In this document: positions 43,293 through 56,740 of the stretch, one piece after another
Layout: every line of letters starts with the position of its first letter
Position numbering within the stretch: position 1 is the stretch's first letter
Origin: Eledone cirrhosa
Lineage: Eukaryota
Reading direction: 5' to 3'
Assembly (NCBI GenBank): GCA_964016885.1
Contig: OZ024740.1
Coordinates: 303,614,001-303,678,000, forward strand
DNA length: 64,000 bases
The notes under the pieces: generated by a model
The model's database searches: none
What the model was told of the DNA's origin: nothing
The model's input: the letters and a program-made list of their open reading frames with translations, nothing else
Program-made: the position numbers and the translations under genes

Positions 43293-46200
43293 AAGGATTT
43301 TCTTGACCTCATTTCCAGTACATATATTTTAAAATCTAGTACTTATTTTATTGATCACTTCTATTCTCTTTGAAACGTGTGTGTGTTCATATATATGATG
43401 GTACCCTATCGCTTGCGACGAGGGTTCTTCCAGCTAGGTTTCTCAAATGGAACTGCCTGAAATTAAGGTGAGAGTGTCTGAGCATTCTATAGACACGTAT
43501 AATGGAGAGTTTCAGGGTGGGACTACATTGGTTCTTCGACTTACTGGCAGAGTACACTTTTTTTACTTCAGTGGAGAGAAGAAAGGCAAAATAAAGTGTC
43601 TTGCTCAAGAACACAACGCACTGATGGGATTCAAACTCTCAACATTACAATCACAAGACACACACACAGACATAAACGCACACACATACACAGATACAGT
43701 AACACACATATGCACACACACACATAAACAAACAGATACATACACACATATACATATATATACACATAAACACTTATGCACACACACAGATACACACACA
43801 TAAACACACCACACATAGATATATATATATACGTGTGTGAGTGAGTCTTATGCAATAGTAAAAAGAATATACACCTGTGGATTGAATCATTGGTACTGTA
43901 GTAAATTATCATTTATTATATACACACAGCCACATATACAGATAACCACACTATTGTCTATCGTTCTATCTACCTACCTATATATCTATGTATCGATCTA
44001 TCGACCTATCTATCTACCTGCCAACCTACCGGTCTATCTACCTCTCTATCTCACACACACACATATCTACTCTAGAGAGTGTGTCCGTGAGATGTATAAT
44101 TGCATTTCAAGAATTACGGAGAATTTGCAAGTTACTTCATCCGGGGAGGATTAATAATAGCTTCACTAACAGCGGAAGACGATTTGTGTGTGGTGTGGTA
44201 TGTATGTGTGTGAGTCATCATCATCATCATTTTATGTCTGCTTTTCCCTGCTTGCAAGGGTGAGACGGGAACTGATTCTGGCTTGATTTCTACAGCTGGA
44301 TGCCCTTCCTAACACCAACCTCATTTACAGTGAGTGCTGGGTGCTTTTTTTCCGTGGCACCTACATGTCCTCTTTACAGTGTGGGCTGGGTGCTTTTTTG
44401 CCATGGCACCACCACGACCACTTTGCAGTGGAATGATAGGGACCCCAGTCCAATCATCTCATTTCTACAGCTGAGTAAACTGGAGCAATGTGAAATAAAG
44501 TGTCTTGCTCAAAGAAACAACACATCACCCAGTCTGAGAACTGAACTCACAACCTTTCGATTGCAAGCCCAATGCTCTAACCACTATATATATATATATA
44601 AATATATACACATATATATATATGTGTGCGTGTCTGCATCAGACATAATTTATATGCTATTACATTTATATATATATCTAATCGATGGGCATACAACAGT
44701 GTTTAATTTAAACTATAATAAAGTAAGAAGCGCGGGACTGCGTAGGGTTTATAATTGTTAGTAAAATAAGTTGGATTACTTTGAATAAATAATGAATGAA
44801 TATTACATAATTTATCTACTAAATTTCGTGGCTGTTCATTAAATATATTTTATTACTTATTTAATATCGTCTTTTTTTAATGTATCATGGATTACGTTAC
44901 TGATTACATAAGACAAGTGTAACACAGTCTTCGTTCAATTTCAGTGTATATTGTCAATTACAATTTTATTTGATCATATCTACATGCACATATACTTGCG
45001 TATAATATCAATATACACACTACACATGCTAGCAGATATATAATATCGTCTTTTTTTAATGTATCATGGATTACGTTACTGATTACATAAGACTGTGTAA
45101 CACAGTCTCCGTTCAATTTCTGTGTATATTGTCAATTACGATTTTATGATGTATCATATCTACATGCATATATACTTGCGTATAATATCAATATACACAC
45201 TACACATGCTAGCAGAAAACAACCCAAAGGGTGTTTTTTCTGCTAGTTATATTAAATGAATTTTAAAAAAAAAGAGTTAATAAATAAATAAAACGTTATA
45301 CTTGTTTTACCCTCCCATTTCCAATTAAACCGAACGCTATCATGACTGTGTGTGTTTGTGTAAATGTATGTGTGAATGTGTGTATGTTTGTGTGAAAGTA
45401 TGTGTGAATGTATGTGTATTTGTGTGAATTATGTCCGTGAGTGTGTATTTTTATAAGTTTGTGTTTGCATCATTATAGTTATATACTCATCCTTACGTAG
45501 TCGATAAAATAAAGTACCAGTAATACACTGGGATAATTGCTGGCCTTGTGCCAAACAGTAGAAACAATTATAGTTATATACTCATACATATACATGTATG
45601 TATGTGAACACTCATACGCGCCAGTGTGTAGAAAATCATAATCTCTCTATCTCTCTCATCACACACTCTCTCTTTCTATATATATGTTAGTTGAAGTGGT
45701 GGTGGCGACGATATACCGGAAATGCAACTTTGAAAAGAAGTCAATTTTAGATTATTTATTTTTACGAAATTATTTGTTTACGAAATTTAGCACATAAATT
45801 ATGTAATATTCATTCATTATTTATTCAAAATATAGTTACGTCGCTTTACTATCTGAGTTCAAATGCCGCCGAGGTTGACTTTGCCTTTCATCCTTACGAG
45901 GTCGATAAAATAAAGTACCAGTAATGCACTGTGTAATTGCTGGTCTTGTGCCTAAAGTAGAAACAAGTATTTATTCAAAGTAATCCAACTTATTTTACTA
46001 ACTGGATTAAAAGAAATAAACCCTTGCTTTATTATAGTTTAGATAGCTTAGGACCCTTGTAGTGCATGACAAATTGTCGCACTTGGTGATGAATTAATGG
46101 TTGTTTTTGTTTGTTTTTTTCCTTTCCTTTTCTCATATATTTTTATGCATTATATTTGTCAGGTTCCTAGCAATAATTAATTGTATTTATTATATTAATA

Positions 46201-47999
46201 TTATATTTGTGTTTATATTTTCCTTATAAACAATTTAGGTATCACGACAAAAAAACACACAGTCCACGCTTTAATGTGGTCGTGTAGGTAACACAGTAAA
46301 AAGTTCCAGCATGTACTGGGTGTGTTTATCATGTAAATCACCAACACTATGGAAGTTGTCATGCCCTTGGCACGGCTGGAGGGTCCTCCCAACCCTTTTC
46401 ACAAGTTTTCTATGGCTGGGTACTCTTCCTTTATAAATATACAAATTTGTGAAAATAATCCCATCGATGTTAATATAGAAAAATTGATGTTGAATATAAA
46501 CAAAACCTCATGTTGAATAGAAGTAGAAAGTATCAGATACTTTTTGTTAGTCTTGTATATCGAACACGTATAAACATTTAACTATACTAACTATAAAGTC
46601 ATGTTTGTTTTACACTTGTCACAAATTATATTAAACTTTATGGAAGTATAACAGAATAGGCAACTCTTGCTACAGAAGAAAGCTACTGATTTTGTTTTAT
46701 TCAACATTTTCAGTGAAGGAAACAACTTTGTATGAATAGTTGATCTCAACAAACAATCTGCTCTTGATAATGGGAGACATTGAAAAGAAAATAGTTGATA
46801 GACATTGATCCATAACAGATTAAAAATAAAATAAAAACAAGTTAAAAAAAAAACAGAAATAAGAAGGAAAAGTGAATTGTCTGCTGGTTACATTAAAACT
46901 ATATTAAATTCTCTATTAAATAAGGAATTCATTAGGGATAAATGACATATTTTAGGGATCAAATTGCAAATAACAGTTGTTTACATATAATGGACGTTTG
47001 AGAAAATATCAGCAATAACTAGATAGATAAACCCAGCAGATTGTAGACACAGATCAACTGAATAAACAGAGACACAGATGAACTAAAGAGAAAATACTGT
47101 TGATATCAAGACTATTTATACCCACATCAATAATAACATTTAAGATAACTAGATTGATAAACCCAACAAAGATTGTAGAGATACAGATCAACTTGATAGA
47201 TAAAAATGGGTGATATAGAGACACAGATGAAGTAAAGAGAGAAAATACTGTTAATATCAAGACTATTCATACCCACATCAACAATAACATTTAAGAAGGT
47301 GCCTAATAAAACAAGGGAACCTTTATATGATCCCTTGATCTGCAAAAAATAGCAGTTTACACCCTGTTATTTTTAAAAGGGAATGACATATTACATAATG
47401 TATTTCTATGTTCCCAAAAGCAGGACAGCTTTGATCAGAGACCTACTGGATCAGGGCTGACCTGTGGATAAAAAAAAGAACAGCTACAACAATTAAAATA
47501 ACACAACCACTAAAAAGAACAACAATATTAAATGGGGCTACTATGTAGTGTCTTGGAAATAGCCTCCATATCTCTCTCAAATCACACTCTTCTATTTTAA
47601 AAACAAGCATATTTGATAATGTAGTCCCAGGTATGCTGAGAAAATCGAATGGCTGTGGTTTGAAGGTCTTTAACCATTTCATGACCACATTTCTAATGAA
47701 ATACACTCTATTTTAATTAATTACTGGAGAATTTTGAGGGATTTACTTAAATTATCAATTATTTCATTACTAAGATAGTATCTTAATGTAAGGTTCTTAT
47801 ATAAAATTCTGTTGGAAGATTTTAATTTAAATTGGAAACTTTTAAATGGGTGGTTTTATTTCATTTTTGGCCAGGTTGGTAACTAATCGTAGTTCTGTTT
47901 GATCAGGGTGAACTTGTTTGATGAACAACATCAAGGAAGACTGGAGCTGATGCTGTCTATCAATCAATAAATAATGTAAGAACAGAAAGTGATACTAAC

Positions 48000-48143
48000 A
48001 AATGTTATTGGTTGGTTCATCATTCTTCACTGGACATTCTTCTTCATCACTGCCATCGGCACAATCTTGGTATTTATCACAGTGCCATAATGCTGGAATA
48101 CACACATTGGTGTGGCACCGAAATAAGTTATCCCCACAGTTTA
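48000..48143 (-). CDS. LDLa-array gene exon (LDLa repeat 2); absent from the ORF track
   Basis: ctttcag|TA AAC TGT ... AAC ATT T|gttagt; 144 nt, phase 1-1; [47 protein letters not shown]. Confidence 0.9.
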
Positions 48144-48729
48144 CTGAAAGATATAATCATTAAATTGTTGACATTTCTATTATTAATTATTTACTATCTT
48201 CAATTTGGTATTCGTGCCAACCCTTACCTATGGTCATGAATCTTGGGCAACGACCGAAAGAATATGATTGCAAAAATAGGCAGCCAAAATGGGGTCTCTC
48301 CAAAGGGTTTTTGGAGTAACGTTACTCAATAGATTGCATAGCTCAGAGATCAGAGAGTCACTCTAGGTAGAGACACTACTTCACCAAATTGAGAGATCAC
48401 AGCTCCGATACTATGGGCATGTGGTTAGAATGTCTCAGGAAAGAATCGCTGTACAGATTTTATTCACAGTTGTATAAATAACATTACAAATTGTTTATAA
48501 TTCTTACAGAATAAAAATATAAACACATATAATAAATACAATTGATTATTGCTAGGAACCTCACAAATATAATGCACAAAAATATATGATCACAGCAAGA
48601 GAAAAATGACAACAAACAAAAAAAAACATTTATTCACCACCAAGTGCGACAATTGGTCACACATCACAAGAGTCAATGGAAAGTTTTGAGGCAAGCCATC
48701 ACACTCACAGCATTACTATGGGTGATTAT

Positions 48730-48918
48730 GAGGCTAAGGCACTGAAACAGCTAGACACCCTCTCTGGCATCATCTGACACCTCAGTAAGGCCGGGTGATG
48801 GCAAGGTTAAGGTGCTGAAACAACCAGGCACCCTCACGGGCATTACCTGACACCTCGGTAGGGCTAAGGTGCTGAAACAACTAAGCACCTTCACAGGCAT
48901 CACCTGACACCTTGGTAA
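48730..48918. repeat. Three-unit tandem repeat (about 55-65 bp)
   Basis: ggctaaggtgctgaaacaa..aggcaccctca..ggcat..cctgacacct.ggta repeated three times. Confidence 0.75.
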
Positions 48919-49701
48919 AATTAGCTGTTAATGATGACAAGAACATCTCAAAATTTAGAAGAAATATGAGCATAAAATAAAGTCAAGTGAAAGTATGTAG
49001 ATCATTAATGTAGAAAAGGAAGTGTTGAAAAGATATCTAAATTCTTATGTACACACATGACAGTTGAGTAATTGGAGAGATAGTTCTTATAAGAGAAAAG
49101 AACTTCTATGATATCACTCTGCCTGCTATAATTAGCAACAAATCTTCTCCAAATGTTACTTTACTGCCTTAACCCTTTAGCATTTAAACCGGCTGCATCT
49201 GGCCAGAATTCTCTCACCTCTTTCTGTTCAAACCAGCTGTAACCGGCCACTCATACCAACATAAAGGTATTGTTCTCAAAATAAATAATATCAAAATCTC
49301 GTAGATTCGATATTATGTGAGATAAAGCCTTTACCATGAAAATATAATAGTAAATATAGAGTAGTGCAAATGCTAAAGGGTTAATATAAATTAATATACT
49401 AGATAAAGTAGTTCTGAATATAATATGCCAGGACGGAAGATCAGGATTTAAATGATGGTCAAACAACACAAATTCAACACACAAAAACTAGTGATAGGTG
49501 AAACACATAGGCAGAAGCTTTGTCAGAACATTTTTCATTCCAGAAATAACGAAAAAAGCTTTGCTGATGATAAAAGCAACAGCTGAAATATTCATGCACA
49601 AGAAACCATTGGTGTGGGATTTTAGAGAGTTAGAAATAATTCTACTTATAGTAAAGGAATAAATATAGAAAGCAAAACATGAGGAATAACTGATGTCTTA
49701 C

Positions 49702-49839
49702 CTGATTCTTCATTCTCATGATTGCTTACACAATCTTTTTCATCACTTCCATCAACACAGTCTGAGTAATGATCACAGTGCCAGCCATGAGGAATACATA
49801 CCCCATTGTTACATTGAAACTGTGGTCCATAGCAGTATT
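49702..49839 (-). CDS. LDLa-array gene, first visible exon (LDLa repeat 1)
   Basis: cctgtag|AA TAC TGC ... GAA TCA G|gtaag; 138 nt, phase 1-1; (E)[45 protein letters not shown] has six Cys and the DCxDGSDE acidic motif. Confidence 0.9.
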
Positions 49840-52800
49840 CTACAGGTAAAATAATCATAAATGTCATACAATCATTTTACACTTGTAAAATATTAAATAA
49901 ACCCAAACATATTTAAGTTTTAAGATAACATACATTCAGTAGTAGAAAGTCCATATACATTTTTTACAGACTTGTTTATACGGTGTTGGTCATGAGTGTT
50001 AAATATGTCAGAGGTGTTGAAGTTGATTGATGATGTGAGATTCAAGTTGAGGAAGTAATTTCTCAAAACATTGGTATCAAGTGTAAAAGACTAATAAGGA
50101 AACAAAATTGCTAATTGTATATAATATTTATTTTAAGTTAGGTGGAGGTGAGAGTACTCGTTTGGACATCACTTTCTCTCTCTTTAAAATTCTCAACTAT
50201 CTTATATTTATTTTCAGCCATGGAATACTACAAAACTATAGCACTATATCAAAATACAGAGTTCATAGAAAATAAAGTATTTTCTTTTGAATGTAAATTT
50301 AGATGTAATTGTAGTTATAGAAAAAATGTATTATACAGGCACTCTTAGGACAGAGAATGACTGAATATGTGAATACAGAAATGTGATAGAGTAAAAAATA
50401 TAGGAAGCGGCGAATTGGTCTAACGAAATACACTCTATTCTAATTAGTTAATGAAGAATTTTGAGGGATTTACTAAAATTATTAATTATTTCATTACAAT
50501 GATGGATTGGCAGTATTGGTAGAGCGTCGGACAACATGCTTTGCGGCATTGAGTTATGGCCCTTTACATTCTTCGTTCAAATCCCGTCGAGGTTAGCTTT
50601 GCCTTCCATCCTTGTAAAATCAATAAAATAAAGTACCAGTAATGCACTGGGGTCGATTTAATCGACTTTCCCCATAGTCAAAAAGTTGTTGGTCTTGTAC
50701 CTAAATCAGAAACCATTATTAATTATCCCGCCAAGGTTAGCTTTGCCTTTCATCCTTATGGGGTCGATAAAATAAAGTACCACTGGGATAATTGCTGGCC
50801 TTGTGCCAAAAGTAGAAACAATTATTAATTATTTCATTACAAAGATAGTAACTTAATGTAAGGTTCTTATATAAAATTATGTTGGGAGATTCTAATTTAA
50901 ATGGGAAACCTTTAAAATGGGTGGTTTTGTTTCATAGAACCAGAGCTGATTTTGGCCAAATTGGTAACTAAAGGGTTAAATCCATTGTCTTTGTGCCTTG
51001 CTCCACAACAAATCACAATAAAAAAGAATACATATACATAAGAGCACAGACTATGAATACAATGAAAGAAATGCTGAAATCACAGATCACCTGTAAATAC
51101 AAGATTTATTTCTCAGAAGTGTGTCACTCCTTACACAATAGGCACCAATAACCAAAACATAACTACATAGAAAACACTACTACCTCAACACATTCTCCTG
51201 CAGCAACCTGTAGTAGTCTGCGATTAACCCAGACTCTGAGGGGGATAAACTCTCCAAATATTGGTCACTCTCTGACAGGTTTGCGGTCAAGCCCATTGTA
51301 GTGGAGACCTCTGGTGAGCGTGGCTCTAGGGCCACATCCATACTCACCACCATTGGCATGGGTTGAGCCTCGCAAGCTGGAATTGTTCTTCCAGCGCGTC
51401 TCCCCTCCACCCTCCAGGGAAATGCCTTCTCTATCCTGTCCGCCGGGGCAGGAGGGTGGCCAAGGCATGGACCCCCATTTGTTCATGATAATTGTTTCTA
51501 CTTTTGGCACAAGGCCAGCAATTACCCAGTGTATTACTGGTACTTTATTTTATCGACCCCGTAAGGATGAAAGGCAAAGTTAACCTCGGCAATGAATGAT
51601 GGAAAGAGTGGGGGAGACAGAGGCAGTGATAGTGGCAGTTTGGTTCCATTGAGTTCAGACCTGGTGTATATGTATATATAACTATTTACCACACCGCACA
51701 TATTTTATGAAGGTGATTAAAATATCAAGTGAGTTATTACAATACCATTCTAAATTCATTAGCCATAAATAATTCATGAACACAAAACTATCAAATTTAT
51801 AGCTTCATAAACTCCAAAAATTGTGCTGATATGCACATCACCAATAATAAATGCAGACAAAGTGCACCTGTTGCACATTGAATCCAACTGATTCACCTGT
51901 TACTGCCATCATCAGTATGCAGTAATGTTGCAGGTGGCAATAATACATGTGCTCTAATTACATTTGCTACAATCACAAACAACTTGATGGGGGACAGTGT
52001 TGCAGCTAGCACACACACTCACACACACATATACACACACATACACAGAGGCACATGGCTTAGTGGTTAGAGCATTGGGCTAGCAATCGAAAGGTTGTGA
52101 GTTCAATTCTCAGACCTGGTGATGTGTTGTTTCCTTGAGCAAGACACTTTATTTCACATTGCTCCAGTTTACTCAGCTGTAGAAATGAGATGATAGGGAC
52201 TGGGGTCCCTATCATTTCACTGCAAAGTGGTCGTGTAGGTGCCATGGCAAAAAAGCACCCAGCACTCACTGTAAATGAGGTTGGTGTTAGGAAGGGCATC
52301 CAGCTGTAGAAATCAAGCCAGAATCAGTTCCCGTCCCACCCTTGCAAGCAGGGAAAAGCGGACGTAAAATGATGATGATGATGATGATGATATACACACA
52401 TGCATGCATACACACATACACACACGCATATACACACACACACATAAATAACTTGAGTACATATCTGGCACAGTACTACTTTTACACACACAAAGGCTCT
52501 GATTCTATATTTAACCCTTTAGCATTTACACTACTCTATATTTACTATGTATTTTCACAGTAAAGGCTTGACCTCACATAATTATCTTACATAATATCAA
52601 ATCTATGAGATTTTGATATTATTTATTTTCAGAACAATACCTTAACGTTGGTATGAGTGGCCAGTTCCAGCCAGTTTGAACAGAGTGAGGTGAGAGAATT
52701 CTGTTTAAATGCTAAAAGGTTAGCCAGTGCACAGGCATCTTAGATTGCGTCTAGAAAAACGTCCATCCAATTCATAAATCCCTTCTCATTAAGATGCTAC

Positions 52801-54566
52801 AGTCAGTTGCACATGAATACACCATTTCACATCTCTACCTGTTGTACTTTTACAGTAATGATTTCTGTTCTTCTGAAATCATAAGGAGCCGGTTACCAAG
52901 TCCACTTAGGCTTCGGTAATGCTCTCATTCCCATTGCTATTGTTTCTAATGCCCAACAAATTCTGCATTAAACACTTTGCTCAATTATTCTTTCCCCAAA
53001 GCTAAAACCCTTTGAAATACTCTCTCTGTTTATTTTTCCTATAAATATCAAACTGAACATCAATCATATAGAGTTACTGACCCCTCATTAGACTATATAA
53101 TAGCCAAAGTAATGCAGACAAATTCCTCTCAAATTCCTCTCAACTATCTTTAAAAAGAGAAGGGCACTTTGAATAATGTAATCTCTGATACATTATTTCT
53201 AAAAACCAGACAGAGTGGCAATTACTGGAAAGACTTTTATCAGGAGTCTACTCAATCAAGCCTGACCTGGGGTTTAACCACAACAACAAATGTCTTCTCT
53301 AAAGAACATTTGTTTCAGGTTAACTAGATTTATCTGTCAGTTTGTTACATGTAGTTTTAAATCATATGTATAGAGGGGGTTGATAGAAATCAATGAAGAT
53401 AAAACTGGGGTTGCTGGAACAGAAGCAGAAGGATTTCAGTTGAGTTAAAGAAACAAAGAAGTGAGGATAATTTTATTTGAAAGAATCAGAGCCAGTTTGG
53501 CCAGGTTGGTAACTAAGGGTTTAAAGATTGCTAAATGTGTGACACAGATTAACTATGAGAGTGTAGTGACTTACATTCCGCGGGCTCACATACATTCTCT
53601 TCTGCTGGTGCTGATTGGCTGAGCTGAGCCAAATCACGCACAGAGAATGTATGTGAGCCCGTGGAATGTAGATCACTACAATAGAGAAACACACCAACGA
53701 CAACATGAAAAGAAGTAAGGGGGCAATATCTGAGAATTATCTCTAAGTAAGCAGGGAATTAGCAAAGTCATTATTAGAATATATTTGTATCAGATTTCTG
53801 TGCTTTGTTTTCAAATTCTGCTGTAGATTACTTTGGTGGAAACATTAATCTGTCACACAATCTAACACTTATTACCTGGCTTGACATAGACAAACACATA
53901 TATACAAATATAATTGTTTCTACTATTGGCACAAGGCCAGCAATTACCCAGTACATTATTGGTACTTTATTTTATCGACCCCGTAAGAGGCAAAGTTAAC
54001 CTCGGCAGGATTTGAACTCAGAATGGCAAGAGCCATAACTCTATGTGTCAAAGCATGGTGTCCGACCCTCTACCGATAATGCCAATTCACTGATTTCTAT
54101 AGTTTCTGTTTACTAACTTCCACTCACAAATTATTGGTTAATGTGAAACTATAGTAGAAGACACTCGGTCAATGGGCTTTGCAGCAGGACTGAACTGAGA
54201 ATCATGTGGTTGCAAAGCAAACTCCTTAACCACATTGACATTTCATATATATAAGACCCGACTTCCCACGGGTACAAGCCGAAGCTGAAGCATATAGATA
54301 ATATGCCTCCACCCCTTCCCACTGTAAAGTGGTCATGTAGGTGCCACAATAAAAAGCACCCAGTACTCATTGTAAATGAGGTTGGTATTAGGAAAGGCAT
54401 CCAGCTGTAGAAACCAAACCAAAATGTATGAGCAAGACATGGTCACCTGACCAGGCATTGCCCACAACAGAACAACTTGTCTAACCCATGCTAGCATGGA
54501 AGAATGGACATAAAACGCCAATGATGATGGTGATAATGATATATATATATATATTTAATATAGAAA

Positions 54567-54617
54567 AGCTTCTACAGGACTAGAACTGTTTCATTTGTGA
54601 GAAATCATCAGGAAGCT
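54567..54617 (-). ncRNA. Type I hammerhead ribozyme fold with imperfect stem II
   Basis: AGCUUC-CUGAUGA-UUU(cucac)AAAU-GAAA-CAG(uucuaguc)CUG-UA-GAAGCU; GUA triplet; TATAAATA about 25 nt upstream on the same strand. Confidence 0.6.
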
Positions 54618-55719
54618 GACTGTCCAAGTAAATGTTGTGGTATTTATATCTTTTCTGGTGGTAGGAGAGGGTGGGGATTGGGATGGGTGGAGGGCATTGG
54701 TTGATGGGTTTAAAGAAAAGGGAATTCATTAAAAGCTAATTCATTAAAAGTTAATTCTTTAAAGCTATAATTTATATTTAGAGTGACAAAAGCAGAAAGA
54801 ATACTATAAACAATTTCAGATTGGAATACCACTCCTTATTTTTAAGTTTCTCTTAAGCTAACAATGCCTGTATGTCAGGTGTCTACAGGATGGGTGGAGG
54901 TAATTGGTTTAAAGAAAGAGGAATTCTTTAAAAGCTAATTCTTTAAAGTTGAATTTAGAGTGACAAAGGCAGAAAGAATTCTACAAACAGGTTCAAGTTT
55001 GGAGTGCTTCTCCCTATTGTTAAGTTTCTCTTATATATTCAATACTACAAACGCCCAAGGTTAACAACTTACACTCATTCCTTTATTTCTATGTCTGTCT
55101 CAATACGGTCATAATGGTTGCAGAACAACTGGAAACTATTAGCTATCAATTAACTACACCATACATATTACCTATAACTCACATATCCCCAGGAAAAGAG
55201 AAAGGATAAAGTTTGACAATTTCAAATGTTTTCAAAAATAAATACAATATCCAAACAGTTAGCATAGAGCAAGCAGTTAGATTCAAAAAGCATATTTTGT
55301 ACATGGAATTTTTTGACCATGCAAGACTATAGGTTGAGTTACAATTCCTATGGGATTACAATTTATAATATTATTAATTATTTTCCTTGTACAGTTAGAG
55401 TGATATCTGCAGTGTAACATTACAGGAGTGGAAAATTATCTAATATGTAAGTAGGTTTATGTATCAGGCATTACTTATCTATTATTTATTTAGAACAGTT
55501 ATTATTTTTCTTTATATAGATGGAATAAAGTTTGTTATTAAATTTGCAGGAATGGAAATGTTTTTAAGAAGTAGTGGGTTAGCATTTTACGCAGAGAAAT
55601 AATGTATAAAGAAATATATAAAGCATGACTAAATAGTGAGTTTTTTTACTCTGGAGTTTCGCCTCAGGGGAAACTCTAGATAGATAGAGACAGACAGACA
55701 ACCAGATAGATAGATAGAT

Positions 55720-56700
55720 ATGTTTCTTTATTTGCCACAAGGGCACAGAAGAAATAGGACATTACAAGACATGATGGCAAGGGTTTTACATAAAATCGGG
55801 GAAACAAGTTTAACAATTGAAAATAAACAATTGAAATCCCCAATAGGGGCGAAGTTACTGCAGGGTTGTTTTACACCCTGTAGATAGAACAACCCTCAAC
55901 ACCAGGAGCATATTTTGTAAGTGCTCCCGTTTTCCCTTCTTCAACCTACAAGTTTATATACAGAGAAGGCCCATTCACTCAGCGCATGGCTTAGTGGTTA
56001 GAGTATTGGGCTTGCAATCGAAAGGTTGTGAGTTCAATTCTCGAACTGGGTGATGAGTTGTTTCCTTGAGCAAGACACTTTATTTCACGTTGCTCCAGTT
56101 TACTCAGCTGTAGAAATGAGATGATAGGACTGGGGTCCCTATCATTAAATTACCCAAGACACCATATACTTTGGAGGAGGCCAGCTAAACCTGCATAGGT
56201 GTGAGCTGTCACACACACACACGCACACACACACACACATTCACTCGGGCCATTTTTTCCACATTCACCCACCTTTCAGCGATAGATAGATAGATAGACA
56301 GATACTCAGACAGGCAGATAGATATGTTTCTTTATTAGCCATAAGGGCACAAAAGAAGGGGACAAATACAAACGGGGAAGTTTACATACAATAAAAACGT
56401 GTAAAATATCACAAATGCAATTTAAAAAATTAGTCAATTTTCCCCAATAGGGGGAGACAGTCCATATGGGTAACACATACCCCCGAAAAAATGTGCAACC
56501 CTCATCTCCAGGAGTACGAAGAGTTTGTATCCCTTTCCTCTCCTCCTTCTTTTCCTCAACCTACAGGCTGATATAGAGAGAAGGCCCATTCACTCGGGCC
56601 ATTCTCGCCACTTTCACCCACCTTTCATAAAACTTGCTGGGGTACAGCACCTCTCTCTCCATCCTGATTCTTCTTCCAAAGTGGTATTTGAAAAAAAGAA
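55720..56700 (-). mobile_element. Two older 3'-end fragments of the same Tx1-like family (about 55720-56280 and 56322-56700)
   Basis: Each begins on + with (gata)n-tgtttctttatt..gcca and shares aggcccattcactcgggccatt with 57025-57050. The first is split by a SINE+(CA)n insertion flanked by duplicated cattcactc. Confidence 0.8.
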
Positions 56701-56740
56701 TCAGACAGATAGCACTAGATAGATAGATAGATAGATAGAT

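Noticed and set aside
49555-49600. CTGATGA...GAAATATTC hammerhead-like motif
   Set aside because: No stem I pairing and stem II is displaced; likely chance or too decayed to call.
52048-52125. tRNA-like sequences at SINE heads (also 62761, 30693, 24410)
   Set aside because: A/B-box-like motifs are present but there is no intact cloverleaf, and they continue into SINE bodies, so they are not tRNA genes.
53575-53706. MLSLVCFSIVVIY... ORF with a GTAAGT donor as the signal-peptide exon of the LDLa gene
   Set aside because: The donor would be phase 0 while the LDLa exons need phase 1, and most of the ORF is the palindromic element.
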